Assembly (NCBI GenBank): GCA_016936575.1
Contig: JAFGXQ010000082.1
Span: 333-64,332 of the forward strand
Direction of reading: 5' to 3'
Length of the DNA: 64,000 bases
Origin: Deltaproteobacteria bacterium
GTDB lineage: Bacteria; Myxococcota_A; Polyangia; JAAYKL01
The translations under genes and the position numbers were made by a program. The stretch's first letter is position 1. Each line of letters starts with the position of its first letter. The notes under the pieces were generated by a model that saw nothing but the letters and a program-made list of their open reading frames with translations, was not told the DNA's origin and did no database searches. Positions 38,380-45,890 of this stretch are shown one piece after another.

Positions 38380-39452
38380 GCAACCCCTCCCTTGATCTTC
38401 GCCAATGTACTGTGAACACTCTCAATAACATCTTCTATTGAAGGAGTCAGACCACCGCACTTGCCCATAAAATCAACTTCGCGTTTTCCGTTGGCGGCCA
38501 GTTGAATGTCAACCAGCATCTGGCCCATATTCATTTCAACATCGAGCACGCGCTTCGATTTAAAAATCGCTGCCGAGCACTGCTCCGAGGGAAACGGCTT
38601 GACAGTGATCGGCCGAAACATTCCCACATTAATGCCCTGCCCTTTCAGCTCCTGAATCGCCGACTTGCATACGCGACTCATTACACCGAAAGCGGTTATG
38701 AGCACATCGTACGGTTCATCGCAATTATATAATTCATGGCGGGCTTCATTGTCTTTAATCACTTTGTATCGCGCAAACCGTTCGTGATTTTTTTCATTTA
38801 ATTCGACAGGGTCCAGAAACAGCGATGACACCAGTCGTGGTTCGCGTCCCTTGCATCCGGTAAGTGCCCAGTCGGCAGCCTTCATGGGTGGCCCTACCTC
38901 CACATCGGGAAACTCCACTGGTTCCATCATCTGGCCTATCATCCCATCGCCCAACAACATCACCGGATTGCGGTATTTTTCAGCCAGTTCGAAACTCAAG
39001 ATAGTGAGATCAACTGCCTCCTGAACGGATGACGGCGCCAACACAATCAACTCGAAATCGCCGTGAGCGGTGCCGCGCGTGGCATGTGCGTAATCGCTCT
39101 GTGCAGGTAGAATCCCCGCCAATCCAGGGCCGGCACGCATCATATTGACAATCACAGCCGGCAGCTCAGCCCCGGCCAGATATGACAACCCCTCAGACAT
39201 GAGACTGATTCCCGGTGATGACGACGACGTCATCACGCGCACTCCCACACCGGCGGCGCCGAAGATCATATTACTGGTAGCCACTTCACTCTCGGTCTGA
39301 ATATATTTTCCGCCCACCTGGGGCAGACGCTTGGAAAGATATTCGGGTAGTTCATTTTGAGGGGTAATCGGATAACCGAAAAAATGAAGACACCCCGCCT
39401 TGATGGCGGCTTCTCCAATGGCTTCATTTCCCTTCATCAAAATTTTTGCCAT
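38376..39452 (-). CDS. 2-oxoacid:ferredoxin oxidoreductase alpha subunit
   Basis: MAKILMKGNEAIGEAAIKAG...GYPITPQNE N-terminus. Start moved to ATG at 39452. Confidence 0.9.
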   Translation of the reverse strand: MAKILMKGNEAIGEAAIKAGCLHFFGYPITPQNELPEYLSKRLPQVGGKYIQTESEVATSNMIFGAAGVGVRVMTSSSSPGISLMSEGLSYLAGAELPAVIVNMMRAGPGLAGILPAQSDYAHATRGTAHGDFELIVLAPSSVQEAVDLTILSFELAEKYRNPVMLLGDGMIGQMMEPVEFPDVEVGPPMKAADWALTGCKGREPRLVSSLFLDPVELNEKNHERFARYKVIKDNEARHELYNCDEPYDVLITAFGVMSRVCKSAIQELKGQGINVGMFRPITVKPFPSEQCSAAIFKSKRVLDVEMNMGQMLVDIQLAANGKREVDFMGKCGGLTPSIEDVIESVHSTLAKIKGGVA

Positions 39453-39463
39453 ACGTTCACTTC

Positions 39464-39697
39464 CTAGTACGGATAAAATTCGTATCGACAGCCTTCGGCA
39501 AATACTTCTATCGCCAGGTCCGGACACGACAACGCGCAGAGTTTACATCCGATACACCGGGGTTTATCCACCACCTGGGCATAGCGAAACCCCTGCGTGT
39601 TGATCTTATCTGACAGTCGAATAATCTTTTGGGGGCACGCATTGATGCACAATTCGCACCCCTTGCATTTATCATTTACTACCTTGATTAAAGGCAT
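39464..39697 (-). CDS. 2-oxoacid:ferredoxin oxidoreductase delta subunit (2x[4Fe-4S])
   Basis: 77 aa with CKGCELCINACP and CIGCKLCALSCP. Confidence 0.8.
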   Translation of the reverse strand: MPLIKVVNDKCKGCELCINACPQKIIRLSDKINTQGFRYAQVVDKPRCIGCKLCALSCPDLAIEVFAEGCRYEFYPY

Positions 39698-39700
39698 CAG

Positions 39701-40489
39701 TCATCCTCTTCTGTCTGCTGCGGCAATAGGCCATGAGTTTTGAGCGTCGTGATTGAGCCAAGGTGGCAGCATCCGTCTGTTTAGTACACAAATAGGATAA
39801 TCGGACGCGTTTTTCAACTTTGTTGTGTCTGTGACACCCTCCATTACCGTTGTGAATGCGACCGGCACCTTCGATTGATGAACCAACTGTTCACAAAGTG
39901 CCATACCTGCACGAACAATGCTTTCGTCGGTATATTCCATTAGATGTGTATTATTAATATAAGCGCCCACTGTAAGACCGGCCACGGTTTCAATTCTCGA
40001 TTTCATTTCAAGACAACCGGCAACCGTACCTGTAAAGGGACGACGCTCGTTGATCACCTGATACAACATGTAAGGGGCATCTCCAATGGCGCTGCGCAAA
40101 GAAGCGAGCACCTTGGCGCCGGTCTCGTCCCCGCCCACATCAAAAAATGAAAAGTCATCGTCGGCCCGCTGCAGCATTCCCTTTATTTGTGGAACCAACA
40201 CAGGCAAATCGCTGAATTGAACTTCTCCATGGGGAACCACCGGAACAACCCCCTGCTCCCGTAAAAACTGTTGTGCTTCCCGACTGCGAAAATACGGATT
40301 GGCCATATCGAGGTCCGCAAGTTTGACGCGATGTCCGAACCGGGCGAGCGCTGCAGTCCAATTTACGGATATTTCGGTCTTGCCGCTACCGAAGCTGCCG
40401 ACAATTATGTTCAGTCGTTTTACAGGTACAGGAAAGCCACTGACATCAATGTCACCGACAACTTTTACCTCATGCTCACTACGACTCAT
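39701..40489 (-). CDS. P-loop NTPase of unclear family, first gene of the OFOR operon
   Basis: Walker A GSFGSGKTE, then KLADLDMANP. 262 aa. 3-nt gap to the delta subunit gene. Confidence 0.65.
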   Translation of the reverse strand: MSRSEHEVKVVGDIDVSGFPVPVKRLNIIVGSFGSGKTEISVNWTAALARFGHRVKLADLDMANPYFRSREAQQFLREQGVVPVVPHGEVQFSDLPVLVPQIKGMLQRADDDFSFFDVGGDETGAKVLASLRSAIGDAPYMLYQVINERRPFTGTVAGCLEMKSRIETVAGLTVGAYINNTHLMEYTDESIVRAGMALCEQLVHQSKVPVAFTTVMEGVTDTTKLKNASDYPICVLNRRMLPPWLNHDAQNSWPIAAADRRG

Positions 40490-40590
40490 TACGCTTCTTC
40501 CTCACAGCGGGTTTCAGATACAATAACAGGTAACAGAGCAATGTCATATATTTGTCATAAGAACGGCTATTTGAACCAGAAAAAACGACC

Positions 40591-40612
40591 TTTGATACAA
40601 ATTTGTATCAAA
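40591..40612. repeat. Perfect 22-bp palindrome TTTGATACAAATTTGTATCAAA (candidate operator or AT-rich terminator)
   Basis: Self-complementary over all 22 nt. Lies in the 166-bp gap upstream of the OFOR operon. On the minus strand it is followed by GGTCGTTTTTT. Confidence 0.6.
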
Positions 40613-40655
40613 TCTGTATTGTTTTGTAATTTCAACACGTTAAAAGCAGTTGTGT

Positions 40656-41312
40656 CTAGATTGGATGACAAGCACCGAAGCCACTGTACACACCGACGCT
40701 ATTGTACATCGGTACACACATGTGCGAGCTGTCACAAAATTGCATTTCGCACGTCAGTTGGCAATAGGGCTGAAGCTCGCCTTCGGATTCATACAACAGG
40801 CACAGCCCTTCATCTGCGGAATTTTCGTCGCGACAGAAACCGTCGGCGCGGTAGTCGTTGCATTGGCTTCGCGGTGTGCAATTGCCGCTACAGGAATAAT
40901 ACACCGGTACGATGTCGAGGGACAGATTGCAGTAGCCCAGAGATTCAGCCAAATCGAAATAGCTGCACGGTACAGATTCATCGTTTCCAACACACATGCT
41001 GGGTTGACAGGGAGCGCGACAGCAACACGACGAAGCGTACTCATCACATTCCTGAGCGATGATCTGCGGTGTATCACACCATACGGTTCTCGCACCGTCC
41101 ACTGTTTTGGTATAGCATTCCTGATCTGCGCCGCCCAGATTATCCGCGGTGTCATAACTCCAGTCGGTCAGTTCTGTGTCTGTCAGATAATCCGATGACT
41201 GAGCGTCGGTTCCGAATAACTGGTGAATCACCGGCTCCGTTTGACACCCCCAAAAAAGAACCGCCGGGCATGTGAAAAGCAAAAACGCATATTGAAAAAA
41301 AGGTCGGAACAT
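40656..41312 (-). CDS. Cysteine-rich secreted lipoprotein
   Basis: Lipobox-like LFWGCQ. More than 20 Cys in 218 aa. Competing plus-strand ORFs look less protein-like. Confidence 0.5.
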   Translation of the reverse strand: MFRPFFQYAFLLFTCPAVLFWGCQTEPVIHQLFGTDAQSSDYLTDTELTDWSYDTADNLGGADQECYTKTVDGARTVWCDTPQIIAQECDEYASSCCCRAPCQPSMCVGNDESVPCSYFDLAESLGYCNLSLDIVPVYYSCSGNCTPRSQCNDYRADGFCRDENSADEGLCLLYESEGELQPYCQLTCEMQFCDSSHMCVPMYNSVGVYSGFGACHPI

Positions 41313-41457
41313 AAATATCTACCGTTTTGCCCCCCGGTATGATGACCTGAGAATACACATGTATTCACCCGGTCACCAATGGTACGACAATTGTGTGATG
41401 AAAGCCATTTTTTAATGAGGATTCATATTTTCGTGGAGGATTCGTTCAGGGGGCAAC

Positions 41458-42567
41458 CTATGAAATGGCGGCGTAGTCTTCACCTGACGTTTCTTCAGAC
41501 ATGGAAGCCGCAGGGTATTGACGGTGGGTGACGGTGTTCATGGAGAGATCCCGCTCATGCAGATACTCGGCGACCTGGTCCTGTTTTCCACACGAATTTC
41601 CAAGACGAATCACTTCGAATAGCAAATCGTCATCTGTGGGCCTGAAGTTGGACGCATCCATCATGTCCAGGTACGCGGTTTCCGTGTCTCCCAGATACTC
41701 ACTGACTACCGCGTGTCCGCGCAACGCCGCAACCATACAAGGCGATTTGTTCAATGCCGCCGAGAAAAACACGTTCGCGCCATCGAGGTCATCATTTAAC
41801 GCTGCCAGCCGACCCAGCCCGCACATTGCCCGGGCGCATTCTGAATCGATACGCAACGTTTCGCTCAATGCCACGTAGCCCTGCCGAGTATTGCCCGCCA
41901 GGTCGTGACAAGCTGCCAGAAGCAGTGCGTATTCTCTAACTGCCGACATGCTGTCCAGGTGTTCATCCAGTTCTCCCAGTGCTTCCACTGCTATTTGCCA
42001 GTCTCCCTGTGCGAGATGTCGTTCCACCCGCTGAAACGTCTGATAGTGAAGATTCGCCGACTTGCTGCATGACCAAAGTCTGAAATACGGGCCGTTATTG
42101 GTATGACGTATGTGTTCAAATCCGTTTCGCACCAGCACCGCGTGTATCTCCTCATCGCTGTACTGGCCGTATTCGCCTTCGAGAGGCAATTTTCCGCGCC
42201 AGGGAATTTCAGTTGTCATATAAAACGGCGCATGCTCATCCATCACCTTCCAAAGCCACCGATACACCGCATGGGGTTCAGCCACACGGGAAGGCCCGAA
42301 TAACCATATGGCCATCTTTACATCTGACAACCAGGGCTGTCCCGTTTCCATATCGCTCACGTCAAACCCCAACGGTGCATCCCCACGGACAAACGCTTTT
42401 CCGCTCAACCACATGAACCCGCCGGGCCGGCCGTTCGGATACGAAACGATTTCCACGATGGGCCCATCAATTTTACGGGCTTTCTCGCGGATGAGATCGT
42501 ATTTCAGAATATTTCTTGCTTCACGCAACGCCTTTTCAGGCTCGATACTGACGCTGTTCATATCCAT
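41458..42567 (-). CDS. TPR-repeat protein with an N-terminal domain of unknown function (weakly methyltransferase-fold-like)
   Basis: C-terminal half shows TPR-like helical repeats (YALLLAACHDLAGNTRQGY, ..AMCGLGRLAALNDDLDGA). The N-terminal call is weak. Confidence 0.6.
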   Translation of the reverse strand: MDMNSVSIEPEKALREARNILKYDLIREKARKIDGPIVEIVSYPNGRPGGFMWLSGKAFVRGDAPLGFDVSDMETGQPWLSDVKMAIWLFGPSRVAEPHAVYRWLWKVMDEHAPFYMTTEIPWRGKLPLEGEYGQYSDEEIHAVLVRNGFEHIRHTNNGPYFRLWSCSKSANLHYQTFQRVERHLAQGDWQIAVEALGELDEHLDSMSAVREYALLLAACHDLAGNTRQGYVALSETLRIDSECARAMCGLGRLAALNDDLDGANVFFSAALNKSPCMVAALRGHAVVSEYLGDTETAYLDMMDASNFRPTDDDLLFEVIRLGNSCGKQDQVAEYLHERDLSMNTVTHRQYPAASMSEETSGEDYAAIS

Positions 42568-43279
42568 AACAGTTCACCTCCAACGACTCGCTGATTGCGG
42601 GAAAATACCAATTGAGCGCCATGGCATTTTCTTTTCTTTCATCTCCGTACATGGGAATTCCCACTTCTGCTTCCGGAGATCCTGCGGAAGTTGCTGCTTT
42701 GATAGGTACTGAAAACCGAAATCCCGCGCCCCGTTCTTCGGGCTCAAAATATTCCACACGTCCGTTCAGTTCTTTGGCCTTTTCGCTGGCCAGATGAAGT
42801 CCGAAACCCGTATCCCATTCACCTACTCGAGTAGAAAAACCGGGTGCCATCAGGTTCTTTTTAATTACGTCGGGAATCACCGCGTCCTTGCCGATGGCAT
42901 CCACACCCGCGTATCCGCCTCTCCACCATGTTTTCAAAACGACAGTCCCGGGCCCCGGCTCCACAGCGGCCGATGCGTTCTCGCCGATGTCTACAATCAG
43001 CGGAACCATCTGCGACAACGAAATGCTCGTCGGCGGAATCAACGGATCTATCACCACTTCAATCGAAATATTACGGAGAGATAATTTTTCAGCAAGCTTG
43101 TTGGCCGCTGCTTGAGTGGCATGATTCAAGTCTCTGATGACCCCGTCGGACGTGTCGGTGGAGTAGTCGATGCAGGTTCCCACGTATTGCCATACGCCGG
43201 CCTGCGGCACCTCTGCCAACCTTACTTCAGGGGATACGATTTTGGTTGAAGCATCAATGGTAATGGTTTTTAGCGTCAT
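42536..43279 (-). CDS. Sensor-less histidine-kinase-like protein (HATPase_c domain; H-box apparently degenerate)
   Basis: N-box IVDIGENASAAV, F-box/G2 APGFSTRVGEWDTGFGLHLA, GAGFRFSVPI. H-box-like GVIRDLNHATQAA has Arg where His is expected. Start chosen at Met47 (ATG at 43279, AAGGGG RBS). Confidence 0.6.
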   Translation of the reverse strand: MTLKTITIDASTKIVSPEVRLAEVPQAGVWQYVGTCIDYSTDTSDGVIRDLNHATQAAANKLAEKLSLRNISIEVVIDPLIPPTSISLSQMVPLIVDIGENASAAVEPGPGTVVLKTWWRGGYAGVDAIGKDAVIPDVIKKNLMAPGFSTRVGEWDTGFGLHLASEKAKELNGRVEYFEPEERGAGFRFSVPIKAATSAGSPEAEVGIPMYGDERKENAMALNWYFPAISESLEVNCYGYEQRQYRA

Positions 43280-43376
43280 TTTATCGACCCCTTTTTTATG
43301 CACCGCCGCGTTCAAGGTGGCATCCAACATGGTGTACCGCCCCATGACGCGACGAATTGTTGTCGCCTGCGCGATT

Positions 43377-43787
43377 TTATGCCTCGCGGATTTGCTGCGT
43401 CCCCGAAGAAATCGCAATTGCCTCTTGCCAGGTCATATGAAGCTCTTCCAGAGCGGAAATAACCGGCACGAGCGGTTCACTGGTCATAGTGTTGTATGCA
43501 TCAGTCATTTTTTCCATCATCGAGTGGTACAACGACTGCAAATCCGCACACAGTTCCGGCGCCAGATCAAAATCAAGCGAATCAATGAAATGCTCAATAA
43601 TCCAGTACGCCTTTCCGAGACTGAACAGTTGCTCTGCCGTCTTGTCACCGGAATCGATTTCTTCTCTGGCCTGTTTCACATTCCGAATTGCGCTGGCGTA
43701 CAGTGCTAACAACAGCTCATTGCGATTCATCTCCTTCGGGATGGGAACTACAGGCGTTTGTTCAACGTTTCGAAGTTCGTTCTGCAT
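43377..43787 (-). CDS. fliS: Flagellar export chaperone FliS (divergent copy 1)
   Basis: 136 aa. The LLLALYASAIRNVKQAREEI...AYWIIEHFIDSLDFDLAPELCADLQSLYHSM pattern matches FliS. Directly downstream of a flagellin gene. Confidence 0.8.
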   Translation of the reverse strand: MQNELRNVEQTPVVPIPKEMNRNELLLALYASAIRNVKQAREEIDSGDKTAEQLFSLGKAYWIIEHFIDSLDFDLAPELCADLQSLYHSMMEKMTDAYNTMTSEPLVPVISALEELHMTWQEAIAISSGTQQIREA

Positions 43788-43846
43788 TTAATTCTCTCCG
43801 TATTTTCTTTTCTTCGGGCGTCAACATGACCCCTGTTTCACTCGCT

Positions 43847-44677
43847 TTACTGTCCGATGAGCGCCAACGCCATCTGCGGCAACTGGTTTGCCTGCGACAA
43901 CACCGATATGCCCGCCTGCATTAAAATCTGACTGCGCGTCTGGGTTACGGTTTCCTCGGCGACATCCACGTCTCGAATTCGACTGTTCGCGGCCGACAGA
44001 TTTTCACGCTGAGTCGCCAGGTTTTTAATGGTGCTCGCCAATCGATTCTGAATAGCACCCAAGTCACCGCGAATTTTCGATACGCTGTTAATCGCCGTAT
44101 CCAATGAGGTCAGTGCATTTCTCGCATTTGAACCGGTTCCACCGCTGATTTGTACTCCGGCGAGACCGATACCTGACGTACTCATCGTACTGATCACCAC
44201 TTGAATTCGATCATCAATATGATTTCGAATGCCAACCTGCAAATCAAACGATGCGGTACCATCCAACAGCTGCATGCCGTTGAAATCTGTGACTCCCGCA
44301 ATACGATCGATTTCCTCCATCAGTTCATTCAGTTCGTTGTTCAGGTAACCACGCTCTTGAGACCCCAGGGTCCCTGTAGCCGCCTGAACCGCCAACTCCC
44401 TGCACCGAATCAGAATGTTGCCGACCTCGTTCAATGCACCTTCAGCAACCTGCACCAACGAAATGCCGTCCTGCGCGTTTCGCTCCGCCTGCCCCAGTCC
44501 ACGAATTTGTGCGCGCAATTTTTCAGAAATGGCCAGGCCCGCAGCGTCGTCTTTAGATGCCGTGATTCGCATACCAGACGACAATCGCGCCATGCTGGTG
44601 TTCAGTGAGTCTTCAGTTCTGCTCAAGTTCCGTTGAGCATTCATAGAAGCAATATTGGTATTAATTACCAGTCCCAT
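43847..44677 (-). CDS. fliC: Flagellin (copy 1, 276 aa)
   Basis: [18 protein letters not shown]...[22 protein letters not shown]-terminus and ..[29 protein letters not shown]-terminus. Confidence 0.95.
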   Translation of the reverse strand: MGLVINTNIASMNAQRNLSRTEDSLNTSMARLSSGMRITASKDDAAGLAISEKLRAQIRGLGQAERNAQDGISLVQVAEGALNEVGNILIRCRELAVQAATGTLGSQERGYLNNELNELMEEIDRIAGVTDFNGMQLLDGTASFDLQVGIRNHIDDRIQVVISTMSTSGIGLAGVQISGGTGSNARNALTSLDTAINSVSKIRGDLGAIQNRLASTIKNLATQRENLSAANSRIRDVDVAEETVTQTRSQILMQAGISVLSQANQLPQMALALIGQ

Positions 44678-44978
44678 CTTGTCCCTCCTTGGGTACGTGA
44701 AGCCCGTCCCTTTGCGATTGTTGGAAACGCGGCATATCTTCTTTGATAGTCACTTGGCCATCTGAAAAAATTGAATTGAAGTCGTCCAGATTGAACGGTA
44801 CCAGCGCGAAGTGTTCTGCCAGACGATTCAGAATCTGGTCCGCATCCGCGAACATGAACCAATTCTCGTCGGCGTTGGAATCGACTCGATGTAAAAATCG
44901 CTCCGATAGAATCACACCCGGATTCTGTTCTTCTTTTCTTTTTAAAGTTTGTTCTTCAGTCACTTTTTCACCTGCCAT
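44661..44978 (-). CDS. Hypothetical 105-aa protein upstream of flagellin 1
   Basis: Protein-like ORF directly downstream of a sigma54-type promoter match. Weak RBS. The 3' end overlaps the flagellin start by 17 nt. Confidence 0.45.
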   Translation of the reverse strand: MAGEKVTEEQTLKRKEEQNPGVILSERFLHRVDSNADENWFMFADADQILNRLAEHFALVPFNLDDFNSIFSDGQVTIKEDMPRFQQSQRDGLHVPKEGQDGTGN

Positions 44979-45001
44979 TCGTTGGCCTGACAGGTGTTAT
45001 C

Positions 45002-45016
45002 GCAAGAGTGATGCCA
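45002..45016 (-). promoter_or_regulatory. Sigma54 (-24/-12) promoter match
   Basis: Minus strand reads TGGCAT-cactc-TTGC, against consensus TGGCAC-N5-TTGC. About 24 nt upstream of the ATG at 44978. Confidence 0.5.
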
Positions 45017-45019
45017 AAG

Positions 45020-45445
45020 TTATGCGTGACTATCGACGATAATGGAGGGACGTTGCTTGGCAACGTGTGAGGACATTAAATATCCTTTAGATTTCCGCAC
45101 GTTACCAATATTGGCAGAGATCTCTCTGCGTAAGTTCGCAGCAATATCAACGTTTTTTTGGTCGTTTGCAATGCAAGTGTTTGTAATTGCGTTGCCTTTT
45201 TCAATTAATAATTCAATTTTTTTGACGGTTTCAGCGTCAAAATCCGGCCACCCGGCGGCCTTCCGAGCTCGGATTTCGGTCAGCTCACCGTCAAGATGTT
45301 GAAGGGAGTCAATAATTTGTTGACGCTCTTTCAACTCAGCATCAACAACCGTCTGCTCCCCTGTAATATCTATAACGACATCATTAAAAGAAGCCAAAAG
45401 CGCATGCCATTTCTTCAGGGTACGAATGGTTTGATTCGCGTTCAC
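45020..45445 (-). CDS. Coiled-coil flagellar-locus protein (FliT/FlgN-like by position and composition)
   Basis: 141 aa. GTG start overlaps the fliS stop (GTGA). Helical, charged sequence. Confidence 0.5.
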   Translation of the reverse strand: MNANQTIRTLKKWHALLASFNDVVIDITGEQTVVDAELKERQQIIDSLQHLDGELTEIRARKAAGWPDFDAETVKKIELLIEKGNAITNTCIANDQKNVDIAANLRREISANIGNVRKSKGYLMSSHVAKQRPSIIVDSHA

Positions 45446-45864
45446 AGTGCACCCCCAACCCCGGTCGCCGGTGCGTTTTCCATTTGCGCCTGATTCACGG
45501 CAATCTGCCAGGTTTCCCGCATCGAACGAAGATGAATCAATACGGGATCCAACGCCTGTGCATTCATGTGCACGTTGGCTTCGGCAATCTGTTCGAGCAT
45601 AAAACCATAGATCAGCTCCAGATTGGAACATAGCTCCGGTGACATCTTATGATCTAGCGCATTAATAAACTCAGCGATGATCGCATGGGCTTTGCGAAGG
45701 CTCTCCCCTTTGGGACCGGCCTGTCCGGCGGTAATCTGCTCTTGGGCCTTTTCCACAAAACGGATAGCCGCATCGTACAGTTGCAACAGCACCCTACCCG
45801 GATTCGCTGTCTCCACATGAACTTTCTTGTACGCCTGCTGCCTGTAACCCATTAAATTCTGCAT
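45442..45864 (-). CDS. fliS: Flagellar export chaperone FliS (copy 2)
   Basis: 140 aa. ANPGRVLLQLYDAAIRF...AHAIIAEFINALDHKMSPELCSNLELIYGFM is typical of FliS. Downstream of fliD. Confidence 0.85.
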   Translation of the reverse strand: MQNLMGYRQQAYKKVHVETANPGRVLLQLYDAAIRFVEKAQEQITAGQAGPKGESLRKAHAIIAEFINALDHKMSPELCSNLELIYGFMLEQIAEANVHMNAQALDPVLIHLRSMRETWQIAVNQAQMENAPATGVGGAL

Positions 45865-45890
45865 ACAGCACTCCTTACATTCGTTACTAT

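Noticed and set aside
40271-41198. Plus-strand ORFs of 263 and 182 aa overlapping the P-loop gene start, the intergenic palindrome and the Cys-rich gene
   Set aside because: They cross the intergenic region and lack an RBS or motifs. The minus-strand ORF has a lipoprotein signal. The Cys-rich call itself is nonetheless only moderately confident.
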